A DNA stretch of 64,000 nucleotides from an uncultured delta proteobacterium. GTDB taxonomy: Bacteria > Desulfobacterota > Binatia > UBA9968. The stretch spans positions 1 to 64,000 of the forward strand of contig CAVYTU010000015.1 of NCBI GenBank assembly GCA_963771465.1. The letters are read 5' to 3'. Below, in pieces: positions 30,599-40,936 of this stretch (the first letter of the stretch is position 1; each line of letters begins with the position of its first letter). The notes under the pieces were generated by a model. The model had not been told where the DNA came from, searched no databases, and worked only from the letters and a program-made list of their open reading frames with translations. The position numbers and the translations under genes are program-made.

Positions 30599-32084
30599 TT
30601 GCTTGACGCCATCGTAACCGCTACGGGAGAAATCTTTACCTTAAGCCGCATGGCGTGGCTTTTGGGCGGCGTCCTGTTAGGCAGCGTGATCGGTTTTGTT
30701 CCAGGGATTGGTGGACGGACGACGCTGGCGATTCTCCTTCCCTTCATAGTCAAGATGGATCCCGCCAGCGCTCTCGTGTTGATCGTCGGCATTCACGCCA
30801 TCGGCAATACCGCGGACACCATTCCGGCTATCCTATTCGGAATTCCCGGTTCCACCTCGGCGACCGCCACCGTGATGGACGGCTTTCCGATGGCCAAAAA
30901 GGGCGAAGCCGAGCGCGCCATGGGCGCGTCTTTCCTTTCCTCCGGTATCGGCGGCCTGATCGGTGCCTTCACCGTTCTGGCCACCATACCCATGATTCGC
31001 CCCTTGATCCTGACATTTGGCAATCCAGAGTTTTTCATGACCGCGATTCTAGCCATTGTCATGATCGCGCTCCTTACCGGCGGCGCTCCGGTGAAGGGAT
31101 TAATCGTGGGCGGGCTGGGGCTGCTGATCGGTATGATCGGTGACGCTCCTCAAACCGGCGTGCAAAGATGGACGTTCGATCAACTCTATCTTTCAGACGG
31201 CATTCCGTTGATTCCCATCGCGCTCGGCGTCTTCGCGATTCCTGAGCTGATCGATATGACGCTCGGCGCAACGGGAACAAGAATCGCCGCCGCTGCGCCG
31301 ATAACGAGCATCTCAACCAAATGGCAAGGTGTCAAAGACGTTGCCGCGCAACTGGTGGTTGCTGGTTCGCTCCAGCTTCATCGGCAGTTGGATTGGGATA
31401 TTGCCTGGCATAGGCAGCAGCTCGGCGATCTGGCTGGCTTACGGCCATGCGGTTCAGTCGGGGAAGGATAAGGAAAACTTTGGTAAGGGCGACGTTCGCG
31501 GCGTGATCGCGCCCGAGGCGGCCAATAACGCGAGCGACGCGGGAGACTGGTGTCTCACCTTGGCTTTCGGCATACCCGGGAGCGCTACGATGTCGTTGAT
31601 CATGGCGGCGATGCTGCTGCTGGGTTTGACGCCGGGCCCAAAGATGCTCACCGACCACCTCAATTTGACCTTAGTAATAGTTTGGAGCTTGGTATTGGCC
31701 AACTTGATGGCCACCGGTCTCTGCTTTGCGTTTACCAAGCAATTGGCGGGAATCACCAAGCTGCCGGTGCACTATTTGTTTCCCGTGCTCATCGTGCTGA
31801 TTTTTCTCGCCGCGTATCAGTCCACCGCCGATTGGGGCGACCTCGTCGCTCTGCTCGGATTCTCCGTCATCGGTGTTTGTATGAAAAGGTTCGGTTGGCC
31901 TAGACCGCCTTTGATCGTGGGCATGGTACTGCAGCGGCTCGCCGAGACTTATTTTTTCCTGACCATCAAACTCTACGGGTTCTCCTGGCTGACACGGCCC
32001 ATCGTGATCATAATATTCGGTTTAACCGTCTGGACCATAGTCCACGCGGTCAGGCGCCACTCTAAAGCGAAGGCACAAGCATGA
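30599..32084 (+). CDS. tctA: TTT family large permease TctA, 1-nt frameshift near 31340-31348
   Basis: GFVPGIG, ILFGIPG, TVMDGFPMAKKG, GVIAPEAANNA, LAFGIPGS, WPRPPLIVG. Confidence 0.9.
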
Positions 32085-32606
32085 GCTGAAGCGTCCCGTA
32101 AAAATCTTGATCCGTCATTTTGGCTGTCACTTTTTTTTACCGCAGTCATTGCGCTATTGGTCGGCACCGCGTTGCGCTTGGACTGGGACACGCGACTTTT
32201 CCCGTGGGCGATCGGCATACCCGCTTTGGCTCTCGCCGTGCGCCAGCTGCTTACGGATTGGCGCGGCGCCGGTGCAACTACCGAGCAAGGCGAAGCGACG
32301 CCCTATGCCGGAGTCCTCGATATTCCGGTTGATCAGAGTATATCCCCAGAGGAAATGTTCCGGCATACGGTCAAAACTGCACGCTGGATATTCGCTTTCG
32401 CCTTCGGCATCTGGTTTTTTGGATTTCTAGTATCGATCCCGATTTTTGTATTTTTCTATTTGGTCTACGAAGCTCAAGCGCACAAGCTCTCCGGCTTAAT
32501 CATCGCCGGGCTGACGTTTTTATTTGTCTGGGGTATGTTCGACCAGCTGATGCACCTCGCCTGGCCGGAAGCGGCGCTCTTCACACTGCTGGGAATTAAG
32601 TTCTAG
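32081..32606 (+). CDS. tctB: TTT family small permease TctB (start disrupted by 1 nt)
   Basis: 4-5 TM helices, RLFPW, FGFLVSIPIF, MFDQLMHLAWP; the ATG at 32081 is 1 nt out of frame. Confidence 0.75.
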
Positions 32607-33030
32607 CCTCGAATCTGTTCGCGGCTTCGCTAGCATCTTTATCAACGCGCACGACACGCCACCGCGCGCGCATCGACATTGCATCTTCGACGATGGTGTG
32701 AGGTTTAATACTGCCAATATTTTTTGCTCTGGGGATTCTTGGGCTCGATGAGCGGTTAAAATAAAAACACAATTGCCGTGCCTTTTGGTATAATGACCTG
32801 CATGTTTTACCGCGCGGTCCAAACGATCCACAATTGATGCAGATTCGTAGGGCAACACAAAGCTTCAAGAGTCACGGCACACGGCATGAAAACGAGATCG
32901 ACTCCGGCACAGCACAATCACTGATCCGGTAGAGGATATCCTGGCGCTATCGACGCTTAGGCTCAAGCGCCAAAGAATTAGGCCGTGCACCGTCGGGCGC
33001 CCGAATTTTCCAAGCCACCGAGAAAACTGA

Positions 33031-33957
33031 ATGAAACCGATACGGCGGATTTTGATTATTGGATATTGCTCTCTTTTACTTGCCACAATGATGGCAACGG
33101 CGTTCATGTTTCCGTGGAGCGTCGATCCGCAAGGCGACCAATCGTTTCAACCAGCGTCGCGGAGTTTTTACGACAAGGCGTATTCCAGCGATCCTCAGAC
33201 CGGCAAGGACGAGATCTACAAGGACTCCGCCGAGCGCGCGACGCTGATTACGAGTAGTCCCAAAATCGCCGCGGATTTCGTCGACAAGTATGGCCTAAAA
33301 AACAAGAAAGTATTGGAAGTAGGTGCAGGGAGCGGTCTTCTCCAGGATATCGTCGACGATTACACGGCGCTCGAGATTTCCAAGTCAGCTCGGCGGTTTT
33401 TTCACAAACCTTTCGTCGAAGCATCCGCGACCAACATGCCGTTTCCAGACAATAGCTTCGACGCGCTCTGGACATTCCGAGTGCTCGAACATATTCCAAA
33501 CCCTGAAAAGGCTTTGCTAGAGATGCGCCGTGTGGTCAAACCAGGCGGCTATATTCTGCTTCATTTTGCCAATGACGTCGATCTCTATGCGCCGCAGGGA
33601 TATCGCGTGCGGCCGTACAGCGATTTCGCTATTTGGGGCCAAATTAAGAAGGCGATGATTCCGCTCTACGATTCAAACGCCTTTCTTAATTTGTATGTCC
33701 GCCAGGTCCGCTTGCTCCGCTCATTGGGGTCTCGCCTTGGAGGGGGGCCATCGCGGCTTCACTTTATCAAATTGGATGCGAACTATGATCACTATTGGGT
33801 TGGCGATAGCGACGCGTGTATTTCGCTTTCGTACCATGAAGCACGACTTTGGTTTACATCCCGGGGCGACCCGTGTGAGCACTGCTCAACTGAATGGGAT
33901 CTGATTTTCAACATTCCTGTCATCGAGCCTTATATGTTCATTCGGGTCAACAAATAG
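33031..33957 (+). CDS. Class I SAM-dependent methyltransferase with N-terminal membrane anchor
   Basis: VLEVGAGSG, MPFPDNSFD, VLEHIPNP, RVVKPGG. Confidence 0.85.
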   Translation: MKPIRRILIIGYCSLLLATMMATAFMFPWSVDPQGDQSFQPASRSFYDKAYSSDPQTGKDEIYKDSAERATLITSSPKIAADFVDKYGLKNKKVLEVGAGSGLLQDIVDDYTALEISKSARRFFHKPFVEASATNMPFPDNSFDALWTFRVLEHIPNPEKALLEMRRVVKPGGYILLHFANDVDLYAPQGYRVRPYSDFAIWGQIKKAMIPLYDSNAFLNLYVRQVRLLRSLGSRLGGGPSRLHFIKLDANYDHYWVGDSDACISLSYHEARLWFTSRGDPCEHCSTEWDLIFNIPVIEPYMFIRVNK

Positions 33958-34188
33958 CAGCCTCCTCAGTACCCCGAAGTTTAATCTGAATGTCCAAGCG
34001 TCAAGTTTGCGGCGTCACCATCGGTCGGACGGTGAATCTTTCATTTCCGGTTCGTCCACGCCACGATTCGAACCTCGAGTTTTGGGCAATTTGCTTACAC
34101 GGCCACTCGACGGCCTTGCTTGCAGTGGCCGATCGAACCTGACAGGCTAGCGCGAAAGAAATTAATTCCGAGGTAAACGTTTCAACCC

Positions 34189-35871
34189 ATGGCAACTGAA
34201 CCCAACAAAGTTATTTATTCGATGGTCGGCGTCGGCAGGAATTACGACAAGCGCGCCGTGCTCAAGGACATTTATCTTTCCTATTTCTATGGCGCCAAGA
34301 TCGGCGTGATCGGGCTCAACGGTTCGGGCAAGTCGTCGCTCTTGCGCATCATGGCGGGCGTTGACAAAGAGTTTAACGGCGAGGCGATGCTCTCGCCGGG
34401 TTATACGGTTGGCTATCTGGAGCAGGAACCGCTGATCGACGACGCACGCACGGTGCGCGAAGTGGTCCAAGAAGCGGTGCAGGAAACGATCCACCTGCTC
34501 AAAGAGTTCGAAGAGATCAACGCCAAGTTCGCCGAAGCGATGTCCGACGGCGACATGAATAAGCTGCTTGAGCGACAAGGCGAGGTTCAGGAGAAGCTCG
34601 ATCAGCAGGACGCTTGGGATCTCGATGCGCGTCTGGAGATGGCGCTGGATGCGCTGCGCTGTCCGCCTTCGGAGACGCCGGTGAAAATTTTATCCGGCGG
34701 CGAGCGGCGCCGCGTCGCGCTGTGCCGCCTGCTATTGCAAAAGCCCGATATTCTTTTGCTCGACGAGCCGACCAATCATCTCGACGCCGAATCGGTGGCG
34801 TGGCTCGAACATCATTTGCAAAGTTATCCGGGCACGATCATCGCCGTGACCCATGATCGCTATTTTCTCGACAACGTCGCCGGCTGGATTTTAGAACTCG
34901 ATCGCGGCCAAGGCATTCCGTTCAAAGGCAACTACTCTTCCTGGCTGGAGCAAAAGCAGGAGCGGCTGCGCCAACAGGAAAAATCCGAAAGCGAACGGCA
35001 GAAAACGCTGCAACGCGAGCTGGAATGGATTCGCATGACGCCGTCGGCGCGCCGCGCCAAAGGCAAGGCGCGCATCACGGCGTACGAATCGTTGCTTGAC
35101 CAGGAGTCCCAAAAGCGGCGCGAAGATTTGGAGATTCCCATTCCACCCGGACCGCGCCTGGGCAATGTCGTCATCGAAGCGGACAGCGTGACCAAAGCCT
35201 ACGGCGAGCGCATGCTCGTCGACGACATGACGTTCAAGCTGCCGCCTGGCGGCATCGTCGGCGTCATCGGTCCCAATGGCGCCGGCAAGACGACGTTATT
35301 TCGCATGATCACGGGTCAGGATAAACCCGATAGCGGCACCATCCGCATCGGTGAAACCGTCGCCCTCGCCTACGTCGATCAGAGCCGCACCCTCGATGCG
35401 CAAAAAAACATCTGGGAAGAAATTTCCGGCGGCGCGGATTTGTTAAAAATTGGCACGCGCGAAGTTAACTCGCGGGCCTACGTCGCGCGCTTCAATTTTT
35501 CCGGCACCGATCAGCAAAAGAAAGTCGGCGCGCTATCCGGTGGCGAACGCAACCGAGTCCATTTGGCAAAAATGTTGAAGGAAGGCGCCAACGTCATCCT
35601 GCTCGACGAACCGACCAACGACTTAGACGTCAACACCCTGCGCGCCCTCGAAGAAGCATTGGAAAATTTCGCCGGCTGCGCGGTGGTGATCTCGCACGAC
35701 CGCTGGTTTCTCGACCGCGTCGCGACTCATATCCTCGCCTTCGAAGGCGACAGTAAAGTGGTCTGGTTCGACGGCAACTACTCGGAATACGAAGCCGATC
35801 GCAAGGCTCGCCTCGGTGCCGATGCGGCGCAGCCGCATCGCATCAAGTATCGCCAATTGACCCGGGCGTAA
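34189..35871 (+). CDS. ettA: Energy-dependent translational throttle protein EttA (ABC-F)
   Basis: Two ABC domains; [30 protein letters not shown]-terminal PHRIKYRQL. Confidence 0.95.
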   Translation: MATEPNKVIYSMVGVGRNYDKRAVLKDIYLSYFYGAKIGVIGLNGSGKSSLLRIMAGVDKEFNGEAMLSPGYTVGYLEQEPLIDDARTVREVVQEAVQETIHLLKEFEEINAKFAEAMSDGDMNKLLERQGEVQEKLDQQDAWDLDARLEMALDALRCPPSETPVKILSGGERRRVALCRLLLQKPDILLLDEPTNHLDAESVAWLEHHLQSYPGTIIAVTHDRYFLDNVAGWILELDRGQGIPFKGNYSSWLEQKQERLRQQEKSESERQKTLQRELEWIRMTPSARRAKGKARITAYESLLDQESQKRREDLEIPIPPGPRLGNVVIEADSVTKAYGERMLVDDMTFKLPPGGIVGVIGPNGAGKTTLFRMITGQDKPDSGTIRIGETVALAYVDQSRTLDAQKNIWEEISGGADLLKIGTREVNSRAYVARFNFSGTDQQKKVGALSGGERNRVHLAKMLKEGANVILLDEPTNDLDVNTLRALEEALENFAGCAVVISHDRWFLDRVATHILAFEGDSKVVWFDGNYSEYEADRKARLGADAAQPHRIKYRQLTRA

Positions 35872-35940
35872 GTCAAAAATACGACTCTCAATCATCAAGT
35901 TGGCAACCCCATTTAAATATTTCCTCCCCAACATGCGGGG

Positions 35941-36933
35941 TTAATTCGAATTTGATTTTGGCAGCACCTGGCGCAGCACTCGGAGCAAATTACCGCCGAG
36001 GATTTTACCCATGTCAGCTGCAGAATAATTTCGCCGCTGTAGCTCCGCCGGTAAATTTTCCCGATCGAGTAATTTGACGCCGATGCCGCCGCGCCGGTGG
36101 ACGCGATCATCGCTCCAATCGCGTTTTTTCAACTCCGCCGCATAGGTCGGCACATAGGCAGCGACACGCAGCGTATCTTTATGCGAGCGGTGAAAGTCAT
36201 CCTGCGCCGATACACCGACGTGATCGACACCGACGAGTTGAATACAGTAGTCGACCCAGTCGACATATTCAGCGACCGTCGTGTTAGCGCGCACATCCTG
36301 GCAGATAACGCCGCCTGCCTTCGCCGCTGCGACGATTAACGAATCAGGCGCGCTGCGCGGCCGGTTGAACAACTTGCGGCTCGTCGAGTGGCTGAAGATC
36401 GCCGGTTGGTCGGACAATTCCAAAGCTTCGAGCGCCGTGCGGTCGCCCGAATGGGAGAGATCGACAACGATCCCCAGTTGATTCATGCGTTTGATCGCTT
36501 GGCGGCCGAGCGACGTAAGCCCCGTGTCGACCTCGCAAGCGTGGCCGCAACCGTAATAGCTGTTCTCGCTGAAGGCCAATGACAGACAGCGCAGGCCGAG
36601 ATCGAAAAACGCATCGAGCAAACGCGCGCTATCGCTGAGCGCCTTGGGATTTTGTAAGCCGAGCAACACACCGATCTTGCCGCGATGCTCCGGTCGATCA
36701 AGATCGGCCGCGTTGCGCAGTAGGTAAGCATCGGGATGAGCGCGCACAGTCGCTTTCACCGCCTCGAAGTTTTCCAGGCTTTCAGTGGTATCGTCCCAAG
36801 TCTCATTGGCCGTGCAGCCGACGACGACGACGCCTTGGCCACGCAGTTGATCAATGAACGCCGGCGACAAATCCTCCGGCCACGGCGCGCCGAGACCATT
36901 GACGATGCCGTGCTGATTATTGGCTGAATTCAT
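35941..36933 (-). CDS. Membrane dipeptidase (peptidase M19)-family amidohydrolase, atypical
   Basis: GLTSLGRQAIKRMNQLGIVVDLSH, IFSHS, GVDHVG, KILGGNLLRV; GGAGG RBS. Confidence 0.8.
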   Translation of the reverse strand: MNSANNQHGIVNGLGAPWPEDLSPAFIDQLRGQGVVVVGCTANETWDDTTESLENFEAVKATVRAHPDAYLLRNAADLDRPEHRGKIGVLLGLQNPKALSDSARLLDAFFDLGLRCLSLAFSENSYYGCGHACEVDTGLTSLGRQAIKRMNQLGIVVDLSHSGDRTALEALELSDQPAIFSHSTSRKLFNRPRSAPDSLIVAAAKAGGVICQDVRANTTVAEYVDWVDYCIQLVGVDHVGVSAQDDFHRSHKDTLRVAAYVPTYAAELKKRDWSDDRVHRRGGIGVKLLDRENLPAELQRRNYSAADMGKILGGNLLRVLRQVLPKSNSN

Positions 36934-37061
36934 GTTCGTGTCCTCCGGCGAAAAAATTCTGGCAATCAGTTGACGCGTAATCGAAATTGAGCCCGCGTGC
37001 AAGTACGAAGCAACTCTAATTCCTTTGACTTCACCAAACCGGCCGTGATACCCGGACGGGT

Positions 37062-38144
37062 ATGGCTAATTCTCCCGCAAATTTCGCCGGCGAGATCGGC
37101 ATCCATTATCCGCTCCACGTGCTCAACCGCTATACACTGCCCGAACTCATCGGCCTCGCCGAGCGCGCGCTGCAAATCATGGGGCCGTTCGGCTTCACTC
37201 GAGTTTGGACCAACGATAATCTGGAATACCGCAGCGTACTCGCCAGCTCGGCCGCAATCTTAGCGTGCCTGCCGGTGAAGCTGGGTACCGCCGTCGCGGT
37301 ACCGTACTTTCGTAATCCAATTGACGTCGCCATGGCGTTCGCGACTATGTCCGAATTGGCCAACGGTCGAGAAATTTCCCTCGGCTTAGGCCCCGGCTCA
37401 CGCTCGATACTGGCGCGGCATGTGGTGCGGACCAAACCGCTGACAATCATGGCGGAAGTGGCTGTCGCATTGCGCACACTCTTCGCCGGCGAAACGCTCG
37501 ACCGCCGCGATATACCGACCCTCGCCGACTATTTTCACTTGAATTCGGAACACTACGCGCTGCGCTTTAAGATCGCGGCGCCGATCCACCTCTATTACGG
37601 ACCGAGTTTGCTGAAACCCGCCGTGCTTGATCTCGTCGCGCGCCACTTCGACGGTGTCATCTTACAAACGCTCTACGGTATCGGCGACATGGAAGCGTCG
37701 CTGGCGCGACTCGATTCAGCTCGGTCTGAGATCAGTTCCCTGCCACCGCTGCGCAAGACCATGCTCCTGAACGCATCGGTTTCAGGTAATAGCGAAGCCG
37801 CACGCCAACACGCCAAGCGTTTTGTCTCTCACATCGCTTCGGGCTGGCCGGATGAAGCACTGATCGCCAAAGGCATCGAGCCGCAAGCGATTCAAGCGGT
37901 GCGGCAAGCCTACAGCGAGAATCGCGGCATCGACGTTGCGGCGGCGCTGACTCCAGATGATGCCGTCGATCGCTTGATCATCGCCGGCACGCCGGAGCAA
38001 TGCGTCGAACGGCTGCGCGAGCTTTTCAGCCTCGCGGCGCGCCACGGTTTCAGCGAAGTCGCCATCGGCGTTCCCCTCGGACCGGACGTTCCCGAGGCGA
38101 TCGATCTGTGGGGCAAAGAGATTCTGCCCGCGCTGCGGCAATGA
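37062..38144 (+). CDS. Luciferase-like (LLM) oxidoreductase, Mer-like, possibly F420-dependent
   Basis: LGTAVAVPYFRNP, FATMSELANGR, LGLGPG, IAGTPEQC, PLGPD. Confidence 0.8.
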   Translation: MANSPANFAGEIGIHYPLHVLNRYTLPELIGLAERALQIMGPFGFTRVWTNDNLEYRSVLASSAAILACLPVKLGTAVAVPYFRNPIDVAMAFATMSELANGREISLGLGPGSRSILARHVVRTKPLTIMAEVAVALRTLFAGETLDRRDIPTLADYFHLNSEHYALRFKIAAPIHLYYGPSLLKPAVLDLVARHFDGVILQTLYGIGDMEASLARLDSARSEISSLPPLRKTMLLNASVSGNSEAARQHAKRFVSHIASGWPDEALIAKGIEPQAIQAVRQAYSENRGIDVAAALTPDDAVDRLIIAGTPEQCVERLRELFSLAARHGFSEVAIGVPLGPDVPEAIDLWGKEILPALRQ

Positions 38145-38154
38145 GCAACCCGCA

Positions 38155-39117
38155 TCAGCCGATCCGATAAACCCGCGCCGCTGTGTCGTGAAACAGCGCC
38201 GCGCGTTCACCGGCAGAATATTCTTGGGTGATCCGTTTGAAACTGTTCCAAAGATTTACGTAGGAAGTCGAGAGCTTCTCTACCGGGAAATTGCTTTCGA
38301 ACATGCAACGGTCGGCGCCGAGATTTTCAATGCACCACTCGAAGTAGGGTCTCAACGCCGCGGCAAGCTCCGCCGACGAAGGTTTCACTGCGCGCTCATG
38401 CCAATCGAAACCGGAACGAAGCGAACCCACGCCACCAAGTTTTGCAACGACGTTGGGACAACTGGCTAAGCCGGCGATGCCTCGACTCCAGACTTGGAAG
38501 ACTTCATCGCGTTTGCCCGCATAGGGTCCGACGCCAAGCGGCGCGGCGATGTGGTTGAGAATGATCGTCACGTCCGGGAAAACTCGGGCCAAATCGGCAA
38601 GCTCCGGAAGCTGCGGATGATAGAGCCAGGCGTCGAAACTGAGATTAAGTTTACCCAGCCAGGCAAAGCCGCGGCGAAAATGGCTATCGGTGAGAAGTCC
38701 TTGATGCGCGTCGCTACGCAGTGCGTCGCTAGCGTCCCAAATCGTCGAGTGGCGTATGCCGCGAAAATGGCCTGGGCTCGCCGTCATGTGCTCTTCAAGG
38801 ACCGCTGCCACCCCATCTCCCAATGTCAGGTTGGCGTGACCCACGATGGCGGCCGCAATGCGCGTCTTGATAGTCGGATCAGCGGCGACTCGGCGGGTCA
38901 TGCTCTCAAGAAATTCGGTCTCACCGACTGGCCGTAACTCTTCGGGGCCGGCTTTGCGATAGGCGTAGCGACATTCAACCGCTACCGTTGAAACCACGTT
39001 GTGACCACTGCGCAAATCTTGCAGTAAGTCGTCAAGCAAATAACCTTTCGGCGGCCGCTCCCAGAGGTGATGATGCGCATCGCAGATCGATAGCTCAGGG
39101 TCGAGCGGCGCTTCCAT
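38155..39117 (-). CDS. Amidohydrolase_2 family protein (lactonase-like)
   Basis: ICDAHHHLW, FRGIRH, LSFDAW, LNHI, MFESNFPV; the alternative start at 39156 lies in a repeat. Confidence 0.85.
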   Translation of the reverse strand: MEAPLDPELSICDAHHHLWERPPKGYLLDDLLQDLRSGHNVVSTVAVECRYAYRKAGPEELRPVGETEFLESMTRRVAADPTIKTRIAAAIVGHANLTLGDGVAAVLEEHMTASPGHFRGIRHSTIWDASDALRSDAHQGLLTDSHFRRGFAWLGKLNLSFDAWLYHPQLPELADLARVFPDVTIILNHIAAPLGVGPYAGKRDEVFQVWSRGIAGLASCPNVVAKLGGVGSLRSGFDWHERAVKPSSAELAAALRPYFEWCIENLGADRCMFESNFPVEKLSTSYVNLWNSFKRITQEYSAGERAALFHDTAARVYRIG

Positions 39118-39137
39118 TTCCACCGACGCTGTGGATT

Positions 39138-39179
39138 TCGATCCTTGATCTTCCATCCTCGAACCTCGAATCGATCCTC
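39138..39179. repeat. 7-nt periodic element (family C)
   Basis: TCGATCCTTGATCTTCCATCCTCGAACCTCGAATCGATCCTC overlapping the MFS stop codon 39178-39180. Confidence 0.7.
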
Positions 39180-40515
39180 AGCGAATATGCCACGTCCGCG
39201 GCAAGCACAAGTGCAGCCCCAGCATCGCCAGCGCGCCGGCGCTACCCATCAGCACCACCGACCCCTGAGCGCCCAACAGCGCCGCTAACGCGCCGATGAT
39301 TATGCTGCCCACGGTCATCACCACTTGGCTCATATGAAACAACGCGATCGTGCGGCCACGAAATTCCGGCGGCGAGAAGGTTTGCAGAACCGTTTGCACC
39401 AGCGCATGGGAGCAGACGTTGGCGAAACCGATGACAATCATCAGAAGCATGGAGAAATGAAACCAAGGCGACGCGCCGAACACCGCAGTTCCCACTCCGT
39501 AAAGCGCCACACCGCCAAGCATGATTTTGCCGCGCGCCAAACGCTCGCCGAAACCGGCGATCATCACCGCACTGCCGAGGGCGCCGATGCCCATCGCGGT
39601 CAGCAGCAAACCTTGACCGCTGGCGCCGACACCGAGAATATCGCGGGCAAAGACCGGCAGAAGCGTCGTGAACGGCACGATGAACAGCGCGGCCAACGTC
39701 GCGATCAACAGCGCCGCGCGCACAGTTTCGTTTTGCCAGCTAAAGCGCCAGCCTTCGACGATGCTGCGGCGCAGGCTCCCATGCCGACCGGCGTGACCAT
39801 GCGCGCTCGCGGCGCTCCGTCCAACATCGCTGAGTCGAAAAGTCCAGTAGGTTGCCAAAATAAAAAAGCCTGCTTGCGCCGCGTAAGCCCCACCCGAGCC
39901 AAAGATAGTGATCAAGGCGCCCGCCAGCGCCGGTCCAAGGCTGCGCGCGACGTTAAAGACCATCGAGCCCAGTCCGATGGCGTTGGTCAGGTGAGTCGCC
40001 GGCACGATATCGGCGATGATCGCTGCGCGCGCCGGATGGTGAAAGGTCTGCGCTACCGCCATGCCAAAAGCCGTGACGTAAACATGCCACGGCTCGATGG
40101 CGCCGGTAAAGATGAGCAGCGCCAGCAAAGCGAACATTGAACCGTCCGCCAGTTGGGTGATGAGAATCTGATTCTTGCGTGAATAGCGGTCGGCGACACT
40201 GCCGGCGATCGGCGACAGGAATAGAATCGGAATCGCTTGCACGCCGCGGATCAAACCCAACTGCACCGTGGAATCGGTCAATTCGTAGATCAGCCAGCCA
40301 CGCGTGACCTGATCCATCCAAAAGGCCATGGACGCGAACACATGGCCGAACCAGAGCAGACGAAACTCGCGCTGGCGCAAAACTTCCACAGCGCGATGTT
40401 GGAAAAGTTTGTCGACAAAATGCGCTGATCCGGGCGACGAGCCGGCGTCGTCGCGCTCGTTCGCAGGGCTGACACTTTCCTTATCTCCAGGGAATAAACT
40501 CAGGGAAAACTCCAA
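39178..40515 (-). CDS. MFS transporter (MFS_3/H+ antiporter-like), paralog 1; start uncertain
   Basis: About 12 TM helices; GSVADRYSRK, NVARSLGPALAG, EFRGR. Confidence 0.85.
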   Translation of the reverse strand: MEFSLSLFPGDKESVSPANERDDAGSSPGSAHFVDKLFQHRAVEVLRQREFRLLWFGHVFASMAFWMDQVTRGWLIYELTDSTVQLGLIRGVQAIPILFLSPIAGSVADRYSRKNQILITQLADGSMFALLALLIFTGAIEPWHVYVTAFGMAVAQTFHHPARAAIIADIVPATHLTNAIGLGSMVFNVARSLGPALAGALITIFGSGGAYAAQAGFFILATYWTFRLSDVGRSAASAHGHAGRHGSLRRSIVEGWRFSWQNETVRAALLIATLAALFIVPFTTLLPVFARDILGVGASGQGLLLTAMGIGALGSAVMIAGFGERLARGKIMLGGVALYGVGTAVFGASPWFHFSMLLMIVIGFANVCSHALVQTVLQTFSPPEFRGRTIALFHMSQVVMTVGSIIIGALAALLGAQGSVVLMGSAGALAMLGLHLCLPRTWHIR

Positions 40516-40686
40516 AGTCGCGCTAACGCCGAGTATCGTCGACGCCAGTTGTAATTCTACATTGGCTATAACACGCGAGAAATATCAGCGTCTACGGGCG
40601 CGCGAAAAGCGAGCGTGGAATTATCAATAAACGAAATCTCGTGATCCGACGTTTGAATCCGATTAAGAGTACAGCCGAATTGCATC

Positions 40687-40860
40687 GATCAAGGTGTGAG
40701 CCTGGAGAAACGAAGGCACCAGCGCGAGTGTTTCATCTTGTGCTCGGCACTCGGCGCTGTATTTGAACCGTGCACGGCGAATCTCATTAGCCGTTTGCCC
40801 CACTCGCAGCTTCAAGGCGCAACTGCTTTGCCTTCGTTCCGGAAGGGTCACACCTTGATC
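40687..40860. mobile_element. 174-bp MITE-like element with ~32-bp imperfect terminal inverted repeats, copy 1
   Basis: GATCAAGGTGTGAGCCTGGAGAAACGAAGGCA ... TGCCTTCGTTCCGGAAGGGTCACACCTTGATC; colinear copy at 49712-49885. Confidence 0.75.
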
Positions 40861-40936
40861 GCAGTCACACATGCACAATCTCCGAGCTATGGCTGGGGAG
40901 CATTGACCAACAAACCATCACACCAATTTCCCATCC

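Noticed and set aside
32606-33030. Riboswitch/ncRNA or sigma54 promoter in long intergenic regions (also 28050-28370, 33960-34188, 44560-44880)
   Set aside because: No recognisable conserved motif or correct GG-N10-GC spacing by eye; an Rfam scan would be needed.
37062-38144. True methylene-H4MPT reductase (mer)
   Set aside because: Only fold-level similarity, and no C1/H4MPT genes in the window.
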